Below, piece after piece: positions 54,624 through 63,699 of a DNA stretch of 64,000 bases (its first letter is position 1; every line of letters begins with the position of its first letter). Source of the DNA: a virus; the IMG/VR virus record IMGVR_UViG_3300036761_001580, positions 133,198-197,197 of that record. One strand, written 5' to 3'. Below the pieces are notes generated by a model. The model saw nothing but the letters and a program-made list of their open reading frames with translations, was not told the DNA's origin and made no database searches. Position numbers and translations under genes: made by a program.

Positions 54624-55070
54624 CTACGTCATCTTTGTACAGTTGACGTACGCCAAGGTAGCGTTGACGAGCACGATCCTGTCACCTTGGGCCTGCATGT
54701 TGCGTCCGAGTTGAGAGAACCAGCAACCGTAGTAAACGAAGCTCTCATTCAGCCCAGGACTCGACCACTTCTCAGTGATTTCTAGGGGGGTGAGCTGATT
54801 TGAAAGCATCCACAAGGCCGCCGAGGTACCCCAAACCTCTTCCATCTTGGAGGTGAACAAGTCGTAGCGGCTCACCTGAATGGTCAGACCCGTGATGTTG
54901 CCCGGAACGTTCTCAGTCACAGTTCCAGAACTCTCAGAACGAAGCTCATACGCTGGCGTAATGGTCTTCGACTGGGTTGGAGCCCACGTCTGGATCTGAC
55001 CGATAACGGTTCTACCCGCGCGAATGGAGATCGCATGGCTAGTACGAATTCCTGTGTTAGGGACTGGCAT
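54624..55070 (-). CDS. tail tube protein, paralog A (148 aa)
   Basis: MPVPNTGIRTSHAISIRAGRTVIGQIQTWAP.. with GCWFSQLGRNMQAQGDRIVLVNATLAYV. Directly downstream of the sheath gene. GGAGGAGG SD upstream. Confidence 0.65.
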   Translation of the reverse strand: MPVPNTGIRTSHAISIRAGRTVIGQIQTWAPTQSKTITPAYELRSESSGTVTENVPGNITGLTIQVSRYDLFTSKMEEVWGTSAALWMLSNQLTPLEITEKWSSPGLNESFVYYGCWFSQLGRNMQAQGDRIVLVNATLAYVNCTKMT

Positions 55071-55095
55071 CTGCTATCCTCCTCCCCTACCCCTG

Positions 55096-57600
55096 CTAGG
55101 CGGGGCTGAAGAACGGGTTGTCGACCGAGTACTCACCGAAGAACCGCTTGGCCGGATACTTCAGGTTGTACCAGTACTTGAAGTAGAAGGTCCTGGGATC
55201 AGTCGTAGACTGATACACCACGATGTCCGTCGTGGCGTCGATGTCCCGCGGCAATCCTGACGGGTCGCGGTAGGACGCAATCGAGCCGTTGTTGATGTTC
55301 GCCGTGATGCCGAGCAAGATCCACTTCTTGCAGTCCGAAATGAAGTCGCTCAGATCGTCCGGCACCACACCGATGACGTTGCTCGCGAGCAGCGTGTCGA
55401 CGGTCTTCGTGACCGCGTCCTTCTGGGCGCTGGAGGCCGGCTCCTCGAACTGCACCACCTTGGCACCGCCGGCCTCGGTGGAGATCGGGTCGAGCATGAC
55501 CAGCCGGCCGGCATCGAGCGTGACCACGAGGACGCCCTTGTCCGCCAACGTATGCCGCTCGCCGCGGAGGTACGTCCCGAAGCCCTCGGTCTTGAAGCCG
55601 GTGATGAACTTCCCGATGAGCGCCGACGAGGGGCTCGGGAGAGCCGTGTAGACCGACGCGACGGCGACCGCGATGTAGGTGCCATCCACGTTGAGATCGA
55701 TCTCCTGACTCGTATCGAGCTTGATGGTGCGAGTCGCATCACCCGGAGAGACCAGGAACAGACGCCCGCGGCCCGGAGAGGTGTTGCCCGGCTGCAAGGT
55801 CTTGGTCGACCGATAGACGAAGGTGTTCGGCGTGTCGGGGTCCCCGACGTCCGTGCCCCGCGCCATGCCGAACCAGCCGCGCCGGTAGTGCTTCTCCAGC
55901 ATCGACGACTGGTCCGCGACGTGCAGCATCTGGTACACCGCAGTGTCGAGCGCAGTGTCGATGGTGACGACGTCCGTGACGGTCGAGTACTCCTTCGCAG
56001 CATCGAGCGCGGAGTTGATCTCCAGCTGCGTCGGCGTGCCGGGGGCCACCGAATCGTTGATCTGGAAGAGGTACACCGAGGAGACGCCGTTCTCGAACGC
56101 GATCTCTCCTGCCACGCAGAGCTTGTTGACCAAGTAGTTCTGCATCGTCAGCTTGGTCGTGTACTGGTAGAGCTGATCCGGATCGTACACACGGTGTCCC
56201 GTCGTGTAGTCCGTGGCCGGGCGGACGTAGTCGTACGTGCAGTAGTAGTTCGTCCCGAACGCCGGTCGCTTCCCGGTGCCCTGGGCCGTGTAGGGCAGCG
56301 TGATCGCGCCGAACAGCGTCGTGAAGGCGTTCGCAGCGGTCGCCCGGAACTGAATCGAGCTGGCGACACCCTTCTCCGGGAGGTAGTTCTCGAAGTCGTC
56401 CGGGCACCGGATCCGCACCGTGTTGCCCACGACGACCGCCATGTGCGAGAACTCCGGGCCGTACGCACTCGCAATCGAGGCCAGCGCGGCGTTGATGTCC
56501 GCGGCCACAATCGCCGGAGTCGTCGGAGCGCCCGGGGTCAAGGTCACGAGGACCTGGGTGCGGTTGTTGATGGACATCAGGAGCTTGTCGTTGGTGGCCG
56601 CCACGATGGTCGGCGGGAAGGCGACGAAATCCAACGTGGTCGCCGTCGCCTGCAACCAGGTCGTCACATCCCAGTCGACATCGTTGGCGATGCCAACTTC
56701 GTAGTCCGTGTTCTTCGTGTAGTCCACACCGCCCGGGTACGAGCCGAGGTAGTTGATGTCCGACAGAGGGGTCGAGGTGCCGGCATTCGTGAGAGCATCG
56801 GTGAGGATGTCGACCGACACGTAGTCCAGAGTGTAGACGGCAGACGACGTATACGCCGCGTCGAACACCTGGAGGCGCGTCGGCGCTTGGACGCCGGCAC
56901 CGACCGTCGGCGTCCATGCCGCGGTCGAGATCGTGGACGCTCCGTCGAGCGCCGCGTTCGGGGAGATGAACACCTTCACGTCGGAAGCAGGCTCTGTCGA
57001 GGGGGACGTGAGGGTGATGATCTCGTTCACCACACCCACGGCGTGGGTCGCCACGGCAGCGTAGGTCAGACCGTAGATCAAAAAGAACGGCCCGAGCGCG
57101 TTCGCCAGAGCGTAGTTGATGGCGTTGCAGATGTTCGTCGGAGTCGCAACCGCAGCAACACCGCCGACCAGAGGTACCAAGGTGTTGAAGTCCAGCGTCA
57201 CGGCCCGCTTCCCGTCGAGAGCCAATGTGAAGTACGGAGTGCCGGTCGCCAGGGAGACGTCCACCGTCACGCCGGCCCACTCGGTGCCCACCAGACGCGC
57301 AGCCAGGAACTGCCAGTCCGAGAGCCCCAGCGGGTTCCCATTCATGTAGATCTGGGCGCTGTTCCTGGACCTGTTCGAGGTGTTCGCCAAGGTTCCTACG
57401 TGAGGAGACCCGACGGTCAGCGTCAGCGTCTCGTCGTAGATCTTCCCACGGGTGACCGGCTCGTCCACGCTTCGACGAGTGCGCGGAGCGATGGCGAGGA
57501 TGCCCAGTGTGCGTTCGGAGGTGACGGAAACCGCACCAGGGACAATCACTTCCGCGATGTACACGCCTGGATCGACATATTTCGAAATGCTGATTGCCAT
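55096..57600 (-). CDS. contractile tail sheath protein (834 aa)
   Basis: N-terminus MAISISKYVDPGVYIAEV is a typical sheath start. Large size. Followed by tube and chaperone genes. AGGGAGG SD 10 nt upstream. Confidence 0.75.
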   Translation of the reverse strand: MAISISKYVDPGVYIAEVIVPGAVSVTSERTLGILAIAPRTRRSVDEPVTRGKIYDETLTLTVGSPHVGTLANTSNRSRNSAQIYMNGNPLGLSDWQFLAARLVGTEWAGVTVDVSLATGTPYFTLALDGKRAVTLDFNTLVPLVGGVAAVATPTNICNAINYALANALGPFFLIYGLTYAAVATHAVGVVNEIITLTSPSTEPASDVKVFISPNAALDGASTISTAAWTPTVGAGVQAPTRLQVFDAAYTSSAVYTLDYVSVDILTDALTNAGTSTPLSDINYLGSYPGGVDYTKNTDYEVGIANDVDWDVTTWLQATATTLDFVAFPPTIVAATNDKLLMSINNRTQVLVTLTPGAPTTPAIVAADINAALASIASAYGPEFSHMAVVVGNTVRIRCPDDFENYLPEKGVASSIQFRATAANAFTTLFGAITLPYTAQGTGKRPAFGTNYYCTYDYVRPATDYTTGHRVYDPDQLYQYTTKLTMQNYLVNKLCVAGEIAFENGVSSVYLFQINDSVAPGTPTQLEINSALDAAKEYSTVTDVVTIDTALDTAVYQMLHVADQSSMLEKHYRRGWFGMARGTDVGDPDTPNTFVYRSTKTLQPGNTSPGRGRLFLVSPGDATRTIKLDTSQEIDLNVDGTYIAVAVASVYTALPSPSSALIGKFITGFKTEGFGTYLRGERHTLADKGVLVVTLDAGRLVMLDPISTEAGGAKVVQFEEPASSAQKDAVTKTVDTLLASNVIGVVPDDLSDFISDCKKWILLGITANINNGSIASYRDPSGLPRDIDATTDIVVYQSTTDPRTFYFKYWYNLKYPAKRFFGEYSVDNPFFSPA

Positions 57601-57641
57601 CGTAGGAAACCTCCCTGGAGGTGGTAAAAGGCCTCTGTCGT

Positions 57642-57650
57642 GAGGCTAGT
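57642..57650 (-). promoter_or_regulatory. possible -10 element TATACT (late-promoter candidate) in the 102-nt gap upstream of the sheath gene
   Basis: Minus-strand read of the gap: ..cttcgttttaaaaaatccgacagcgcccacggTATACTagcctcacgacagaggcc..AGGGAGGtttcctacgATG. There is an A/T-rich stretch upstream and no TTGACA. Weak. Confidence 0.2.
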
Positions 57651-57702
57651 ATACCGTGGGCGCTGTCGGATTTTTTAAAACGAAGTCGAAGGAGTGGAGA
57701 GC

Positions 57703-58869
57703 CTACCGGTCGAGCTTCAAATAGTTGACCCCGAAGTAGTCTCCCGTGGGAAAATCTTCCTTGTGGATGAGATTCGAGGACTGGACAAATGTTGCGTTCC
57801 CACGGTTTACGGGTCGGTCAATGAAGTCCGCTGCGAAGACCGGTACAGAGCCCCGAATCGAGTACAGGTAGGACTTCTGCTCCCCGCCCTGACGGGCTCT
57901 CTGGTACTCGCCGGCCCAGGAGAACTTCCGGTCCAACACGATCTGGTACCACTCCGGGGGGTCTATCGAGTCATCCAGGTACGACCGCCCTTGGAACTGG
58001 AAGTACTGACGGTCCGTGTAGAAGGTGAAAAAGGATCTCACGAGGTCAGCAAGCTGTGTCCTCGTGTTCAGATCGTCGGAAACCACGTCCAAGTTGATCG
58101 TCATCTTCCCAGCCACGCCGTAGCGCTGCGCAGGGGACGCTGGGCCCGATGTGTGATCGGTGTACAGGTCGATCTGCCCCTCGGAGTAGCCGAGCGCCAG
58201 GAGGCAGTCAGGCGTGCCTCCGATGATCTCCAAGCCGTTCTTCGCCCCCGAAGCGCAAGGACCTCCAGACACGATCTGGAGGAACCCATCACCGGACTCC
58301 CGGGCCTGCGTGTACAGAGCCTGCGCGTTCCAAGCCTGGATGACGTCCTGCACCGTGGCGTTCGCAATGTCCGGAAACAGGAAGTCCTTGAACAGGATGG
58401 TCGTTTCGACTGGATCACCCGTCAAGCCCAGAGGCCACGTCCGGATCCTGAGCGTCCAGCCATCCTGAAGGTTGAAGGGGCCTTCATTCCCCGCGGTCAG
58501 GCGCGGAGCCTGCTGACCGCTACAAACGATAGTCGAACCCAGCCCGAGGACGAACTCCTTGTCGTTGGCGGAGGTGATGGCGATCATCGGGTACTTGTCC
58601 AGGGTGTTCCCGTACGACATGATGAGGTTCATCACGGTTTCCATGCTCGTCGAAGTGCTGCCGGCACCGATAGCGAACTTCTCGATAGCAGGGAACTCCC
58701 CGAGCTTGGCGCGAATGTCATCCGAGTTGGACTTGAAGAACCGGTTCAGCTCCGCGGCGAAGGCGTCCTTCACGGTCTCGATCAGCTGACCGAAACGCGG
58801 CGGATTGCGAGGATCCAGCGGGACTGTGCCCCGGTACTCGCGCGGTCCTGAGAAGTCGTTCTGCGGCAC
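57703..58869 (-). CDS. virion structural protein, 388 aa (unassigned; head-tail/neck region)
   Basis: Large ORF immediately upstream of the sheath gene. Beta-rich composition. Confidence 0.5.
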   Translation of the reverse strand: MPQNDFSGPREYRGTVPLDPRNPPRFGQLIETVKDAFAAELNRFFKSNSDDIRAKLGEFPAIEKFAIGAGSTSTSMETVMNLIMSYGNTLDKYPMIAITSANDKEFVLGLGSTIVCSGQQAPRLTAGNEGPFNLQDGWTLRIRTWPLGLTGDPVETTILFKDFLFPDIANATVQDVIQAWNAQALYTQARESGDGFLQIVSGGPCASGAKNGLEIIGGTPDCLLALGYSEGQIDLYTDHTSGPASPAQRYGVAGKMTINLDVVSDDLNTRTQLADLVRSFFTFYTDRQYFQFQGRSYLDDSIDPPEWYQIVLDRKFSWAGEYQRARQGGEQKSYLYSIRGSVPVFAADFIDRPVNRGNATFVQSSNLIHKEDFPTGDYFGVNYLKLDR

Positions 58870-58872
58870 GGG

Positions 58873-59370
58873 CTACCCTCTTCGACCGTTCTTGGCCTTC
58901 AGCTCGTTCTCCATGTCTTCCAAAGCATCGTAGTACGTGGAAAATTCCTCAACGTGATCAGTTGCGATTTCCTTCGCGATGTCCGGATCGTCCGTGTGCT
59001 CCATCTCGACCTTGATGCCCTTCAGGAGCTGCTCCATCGGGAGGTCCTCGTCGGGAACATCGTCGGCCTTGCCGCCGGGGATCAGGTCCTCCGAGTCCGG
59101 ATCGTTCGACTCCACGTAGTCCGTGGCAAGCTCGTACAGGAGGGCCTCGATGTCGTCCACCTCGTAGCCATGCTCCTCAGCCCAATCGTGGACCAGCTCG
59201 TCCTCGGGGTTCGGATTGTCCTTGAGGAACTCGACCAGCTCCTGCTTGATGTCCTTGTCCGATCCACCCTTGTCCGAGTCCTTCTCCTCCTCGGGCTCAT
59301 CCGTAGCTCCGTAGATCCGACCGAGCCGGCTGAAGCCATCGTCCGAGATCCCGCCAGCGTTGCGTCTCAT
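58873..59370 (-). CDS. highly acidic protein, 165 aa
   Basis: Asp/Glu-rich throughout (EEKDSDKGGSDKD..DDIEALLYELATDYVESNDPDSEDL..). Could be a scaffold or decoy-type protein. Confidence 0.45.
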   Translation of the reverse strand: MRRNAGGISDDGFSRLGRIYGATDEPEEEKDSDKGGSDKDIKQELVEFLKDNPNPEDELVHDWAEEHGYEVDDIEALLYELATDYVESNDPDSEDLIPGGKADDVPDEDLPMEQLLKGIKVEMEHTDDPDIAKEIATDHVEEFSTYYDALEDMENELKAKNGRRG

Positions 59371-59864
59371 GGTACCATGCCTCCTGGCGCGTTACCGCCA
59401 GCTGCCTTCTTGAACTCTTGGAAAAGCTCCTCTTGGTATGCGTAGCCGACGTTGGCCGCCGTGTTTTCAAAAGCCTCGTACATCTTCTGCTTCAACGCCG
59501 CAACGACATCGTCTTCGATCTTCTGCGCGTAGCGCTGCCTCAGGCCCTCCCAGACACTGGGATCAGGGACAGGGAACCCCGCCGCGGTAACCGCCGAGTT
59601 CATCTCTTCGATGAGCGCCTGGAACCGCTCATCGAAGTAGTCCATGGCGTGCTCCCCCGCGTTATTGAAAGCCTCGGTGACGTCGCTCTCGATGACCCAT
59701 ACTGGTCTAGAAAACATCTGAAGAACCTTCATCCCGGAGCCCCACAGGAGGTCCTCCACCGCGTCCCCCGGGCTCCACTCCTCGGTGTCTTGGTAGTTCT
59801 GCGCCCTCTTCTGAAGGAACACCGACAATCGCTGAGCTGCCTCTGGGGTGATGCCTTTTTTCAT
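59367..59864 (-). CDS. hypothetical protein, 165 aa
   Basis: Track ORF, tight operon spacing (4-nt overlap). Confidence 0.45.
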   Translation of the reverse strand: MKKGITPEAAQRLSVFLQKRAQNYQDTEEWSPGDAVEDLLWGSGMKVLQMFSRPVWVIESDVTEAFNNAGEHAMDYFDERFQALIEEMNSAVTAAGFPVPDPSVWEGLRQRYAQKIEDDVVAALKQKMYEAFENTAANVGYAYQEELFQEFKKAAGGNAPGGMVP

Positions 59865-59873
59865 GATCGTCTC

Positions 59874-60902
59874 CTACCACACGAGTTTCATCGGGTCGAC
59901 GTCGTCGGTGATGCGCATCTTGAACGTCTGCGACACGAGAATGTACGCCATCGGGTCCGAGTTTTTCCAAGCCGTCGCCATGTACCTATTGCCCGCGCGA
60001 GCGCCGTCAAGGAGCTGCATCAGGACCTCGGGCCCCTTGATCACCTCGCCCATGCTCCCGGCCGGGATCGCAGCGTCGAACATCGACAACCCCGCAGTCC
60101 ACATCTCCAAGCCCTCTTCGATGGGCTGGTCGCCGTAGTCCTGCTTGCGGTGACCAGTCGACGGAGGCTCGCGCATGATGAGGATCCAAGGACCCTTCCG
60201 GTACACTCCGTTCACGTCGGGATTCGCCAGAGGGATCGTCGCGTACCGCGCACTGAGCATCTCGAACAACGGCGAGCGCGCCGCGGTCTCAGTACGGGTC
60301 AGAGTCGCCCGGAACCGGATCGTACCCGTCTGCGCAACCTCCGCCGGCAGGTTCGACAGCGCCGCCCAGGTCACCCCAGCGTCGAGCGAGTATTCCACCG
60401 TGACGGAGGAGTAGTCCGACTCCATCAGGTAGCACTGGACACTTGTACCCCACGTAGCCCCAAACACCGTCCTGGAGAAGGGCTTGTCAGCACTCTCGAC
60501 GGTCCCCACGAGCGCACCGTCGACCAGCTCCAGCTTCGACGACTGGTAGTTCCGGGTGAGCCTGAGGTCCGTGAGCGTGTTGTCCGGATCCGAGGCCGAC
60601 ATCCACAGCGTGTTGTACCCGAACTTCAGGTACCCGGGCACCCTGCCGACGCCGTGGCAGGCCATGCACTTCCGGTCCGCCATCCGGTTGATGGTGTTGT
60701 AGCAGGCGCACTCGGGACCGACAGGAGCCTCCTGCCACAGCTCCATACGGAGACCGCCGAGCAGGATCTGCTCCTGGAGCAACGCGCGCTCCTTGCCAAG
60801 CTGCTGCTCGGCAAAGACTTGCGCATGGATGTCCCGGCCCCAGTAGCCGACGGCCATGTTGGAGCCCGGGACCTTGCAGCCGCGCTGTGTGGTCTCGACC
60901 AT
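59874..60902 (-). CDS. hypothetical virion-module protein with Cys cluster, 342 aa
   Basis: CACYNTINRMADRKCMACHG motif. Beta-rich C-terminal half. Confidence 0.45.
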   Translation of the reverse strand: MVETTQRGCKVPGSNMAVGYWGRDIHAQVFAEQQLGKERALLQEQILLGGLRMELWQEAPVGPECACYNTINRMADRKCMACHGVGRVPGYLKFGYNTLWMSASDPDNTLTDLRLTRNYQSSKLELVDGALVGTVESADKPFSRTVFGATWGTSVQCYLMESDYSSVTVEYSLDAGVTWAALSNLPAEVAQTGTIRFRATLTRTETAARSPLFEMLSARYATIPLANPDVNGVYRKGPWILIMREPPSTGHRKQDYGDQPIEEGLEMWTAGLSMFDAAIPAGSMGEVIKGPEVLMQLLDGARAGNRYMATAWKNSDPMAYILVSQTFKMRITDDVDPMKLVW

Positions 60903-60903
60903 G

Positions 60904-61206
60904 CTACGGGCCCTCGATCAGCTCTTGGACGAGCGCCGCGAGAGGATCTGCGGCATCCTCTTCCTGGCCGGCGGAAGGCTCCTTCCTCTGAGATCCATCC
61001 ATCGCGAAGCCCCTGTCCTCTTCGAGAACCTTCGGCGGCTCGATCCTCTCGGCCTTGGAGATGAGTTCTTGCCATAGACCATCGTCGAGAAGACGCGCCA
61101 GAGATTCGTTCTCGGGGGCGGATTCGTCGAAGAGGTCTATGACTAGCTCTTTTTCCATTATTACTGTATCGATAATCCCATCGTAATTGGTTAACCTGCC
61201 TGCCAC
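60904..61206 (-). CDS. hypothetical acidic protein, 100 aa
   Basis: Track ORF between flanking genes. Confidence 0.35.
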   Translation of the reverse strand: MAGRLTNYDGIIDTVIMEKELVIDLFDESAPENESLARLLDDGLWQELISKAERIEPPKVLEEDRGFAMDGSQRKEPSAGQEEDAADPLAALVQELIEGP

Positions 61207-62099
61207 ATGTTCCGAAATAGTGAACCATTTGGAGCACTTGCCAGTAACATGGAGAAGGCCATATCCATTCGCATCTCGATAGATATTGTCCCACTGTTTA
61301 CGAATTTTCGCTTCAGGTTAGGGACAGATTTATCGAGTTCCGAACTTAACGTATTAAGAAATGCTGCCAATGGAGTCGCGTGCTGGAGAACGAAGCTGTG
61401 CCCGGAGTCCGAGAACTGTGGGACGTCCGTGTCGATGGAGAAGAGCAGCTGGCTCGTGATCCCCTGGTACAAGGCGGCCCGCAGGAGGATGCTCGCGTAC
61501 AGCTCGATAGGGAAGTAGTCCAACTTCTCCCAGACGGGGTACGGCTCGTACTCGTTGATTTTATAGAGCCCCAGCTTCAAGAAGAGGATCAGCATCCCGT
61601 CGGTGTAGCCGATGAAGCAGTATTTCTCCGGGAGGTTCGGCTTGACGGTCTTGTCGATCAGCAACCGGAGCGACGGGAGCAGGGACAGGATCCTCGGCGA
61701 AACGACCTCGACAACCTGGGTGCGGTAGACCTCCTCCGCGGTGACGTTCTGCCGGGAGTGCCAGTTGAAGAGTAGCGCTCGCGAATCGTTTGTCTCGCGA
61801 GGGACCTTGCCGAGATCGATGTAGTACCTCCCGGGCGCGGCCTTCTTGATCCTCGGCTCCAGCACGCCCATCGGCGGGGGGTAGTACGACTCCTTGTAGA
61901 TCGACATCCCGCCGACGTCGGTGATCTCCAAGTCGAGAACGCCGTTCGGCTCCCCTCCCGCTCCCAGGGTGGCGTCGATGTCGACGAGGGCCCCGGTCGA
62001 GTCTTGCAGCTCGATGTCCACCCGGCGAATAGAATTCGTCCGAGCAAGCTCGATCATGCTCGCAACCGAAGGCTGCTCTACTCCCGGCTGGATGATCAC
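61191..62099 (-). CDS. hypothetical structural protein, 302 aa
   Basis: Track ORF, operon context. Confidence 0.45.
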   Translation of the reverse strand: MIIQPGVEQPSVASMIELARTNSIRRVDIELQDSTGALVDIDATLGAGGEPNGVLDLEITDVGGMSIYKESYYPPPMGVLEPRIKKAAPGRYYIDLGKVPRETNDSRALLFNWHSRQNVTAEEVYRTQVVEVVSPRILSLLPSLRLLIDKTVKPNLPEKYCFIGYTDGMLILFLKLGLYKINEYEPYPVWEKLDYFPIELYASILLRAALYQGITSQLLFSIDTDVPQFSDSGHSFVLQHATPLAAFLNTLSSELDKSVPNLKRKFVNSGTISIEMRMDMAFSMLLASAPNGSLFRNMWQAG

Positions 62100-62102
62100 G
62101 GT

Positions 62103-62483
62103 CTAGTCTCCCAGCACCAGCACGAAGACGCGGGCCTCCTGCGCCCCTGCGATGATCGTCAGCGCAGAGAGGCTCCCCATTGCGATCAGCAGGAAGCCGC
62201 CGGCTGACAAGGAGAAGACCTCCACGCCGCCGTTCATCGTGTACGTGATCGGCTGGTCCGTGCCGATATACAGGAACTTCCCCGTCGCGATGGAGCCGAA
62301 GTTCACCACGCGCGTGCCCGCCGCGGGAACCACGTACTCGAACTGCGCGGTCTCGTTGTAGTTCAGCGAGAACCCCGTCGTCGAGGTAGCCGGCACCGTC
62401 GGAGCGCCGATCATCACTGGGTTGTTCGCTCCGCTGGGCGAGCCCGGGAACGTCATCTTGCCGAGAATGTTGAGAACCGCCAT
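62103..62483 (-). CDS. hypothetical small structural protein, 126 aa
   Basis: Gly/Ala/Thr-rich beta-type composition. Confidence 0.4.
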   Translation of the reverse strand: MAVLNILGKMTFPGSPSGANNPVMIGAPTVPATSTTGFSLNYNETAQFEYVVPAAGTRVVNFGSIATGKFLYIGTDQPITYTMNGGVEVFSLSAGGFLLIAMGSLSALTIIAGAQEARVFVLVLGD

Positions 62484-62492
62484 GGGAGTCTC

Positions 62493-62942
62493 CTATCGTG
62501 TCTTTGCGAGCCCGTAGTTCAGACCAATGGCGAGCGCAGCCGTTGCGACCACCCCGACGCTGAACCACAGGACAGGCGACTTGTACCACTTCTTCTCACG
62601 CGCGAGCTGCTCCTCGTAGTAGGTCTGCTGCTCCTGCGTGATCTTCCGCTGCTCATCGAACGCCAGCTTCCACTTCGCGCTGATCTGCTCGGTGACGGAG
62701 CGCTCGTCCTTCATCAGCAGGTTCAGGTCCTCCATCCGGGAGACCTTCAGCTCCAACGCGGCAACCTTCTGCCGAAGGAGGGGAAGCTCTTCGAGGTCCT
62801 GGAGCATCTTCGTCGCGACGGGCTCGGGGAACCAGAAGCCGGTCACACCCTTGTTCACGAGGATGACGCTGCCGTTGTCCTGCGCGTGCGCCGGCAGCGC
62901 CGCCAGGAGGACCACGAAGACCGTGAGGATGAACCACCGCAT
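62493..62942 (-). CDS. secreted coiled-coil protein with signal peptide and C-terminal TM anchor (lysis-associated candidate, spanin-like)
   Basis: MRWFILTVFVVLLAALPAHA|QD signal peptide. Central coiled coil. C-terminal TM VLWFSVGVVATAALAIGL. Adjacent to holin-like and Rz-like genes. Confidence 0.4.
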   Translation of the reverse strand: MRWFILTVFVVLLAALPAHAQDNGSVILVNKGVTGFWFPEPVATKMLQDLEELPLLRQKVAALELKVSRMEDLNLLMKDERSVTEQISAKWKLAFDEQRKITQEQQTYYEEQLAREKKWYKSPVLWFSVGVVATAALAIGLNYGLAKTR

Positions 62943-62943
62943 C

Positions 62944-63309
62944 TCAGTACCCCAGCTTCTTGAACCGCTTCAGCTTCTCCTCGGCGGAGAGCGTCGGAAC
63001 CTCTTCTCGAACCTCGGCGATCTTCCCATTCAGCTCGGTGACCTGGTTGGTGAGGTCCTCGATCTCGCCCTCGGCCACGGTCTCCTTCGCCTTGATGCCG
63101 GTCTTCTGGCCTTCGAGCTGGTTGATCTCACCCTCCAGGAAGGCGACCTTCTCCTTGCGCTTCTGGATCTTCTCCGGGATGGGTGGAGGGTCTACGCGAC
63201 CCTTCGCGATGCGCGCACCCACGATAAGCGCGACAACCACCGCCAGGCCGGCGACGATCCACTTCCAGTGGGCTTTCACCCACGCCCAGATCTTCCCCAG
63301 GGTCTTCAT
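62944..63309 (-). CDS. i-spanin (Rz)-like protein: N-terminal TM + periplasmic coiled coil, 121 aa
   Basis: WKWIVAGLAVVVALIVGARI TM segment, followed by a Pro-rich linker and a charged coiled coil. Confidence 0.4.
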   Translation of the reverse strand: MKTLGKIWAWVKAHWKWIVAGLAVVVALIVGARIAKGRVDPPPIPEKIQKRKEKVAFLEGEINQLEGQKTGIKAKETVAEGEIEDLTNQVTELNGKIAEVREEVPTLSAEEKLKRFKKLGY

Positions 63310-63689
63310 TTCACTTCGCCCTCAGGGCCTGCCGGGGGCTCCATAGCCTCTACCGAAGTGGATGCCGCGTTGCCGGTCTTCATCTCGATCTTCTGCCGCA
63401 AGGTGTTGTTGCTCACGAACGTGCGTGTGATGGCACCGTAGATCACCGAGGACAACGTCCCCAACGCGCCACCGACCATCAGCTTCGAAGCGAGAGTCTC
63501 CTGCGGGAGAAGAAGCCCACCGATCATGCCCAGCATCAGCGGGAGAAACGGCAGGATCCTCATCCCGAGAGGCATCTGAAGAAAGAACTTCTTGAAGGCG
63601 AGCTTCAAGGACTGCACGATTCCGGCGACGATGACCGCCAGCGCGACGTAAGGACCGTACTCGATCAAGAGGTTGAGAATGTCTTCCAT
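63306..63689 (-). CDS. holin-like small membrane protein (3 predicted TM segments), 127 aa
   Basis: Three TM-like stretches: YVALAVIVAGIV, ILPFLPLMLGMIGGLLL, LMVGGALGTLSSVIYGAI. Charged C-terminus. Confidence 0.4.
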   Translation of the reverse strand: MEDILNLLIEYGPYVALAVIVAGIVQSLKLAFKKFFLQMPLGMRILPFLPLMLGMIGGLLLPQETLASKLMVGGALGTLSSVIYGAITRTFVSNNTLRQKIEMKTGNAASTSVEAMEPPAGPEGEVK

Positions 63690-63699
63690 GGAACCCTCC

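Noticed and set aside
57601-57702. 102-nt intergenic region checked for a tRNA or small RNA gene
   Set aside because: No cloverleaf-compatible pairing, no T-loop GTTC(G/A)A motif and no CCA context. More likely a promoter or UTR region.
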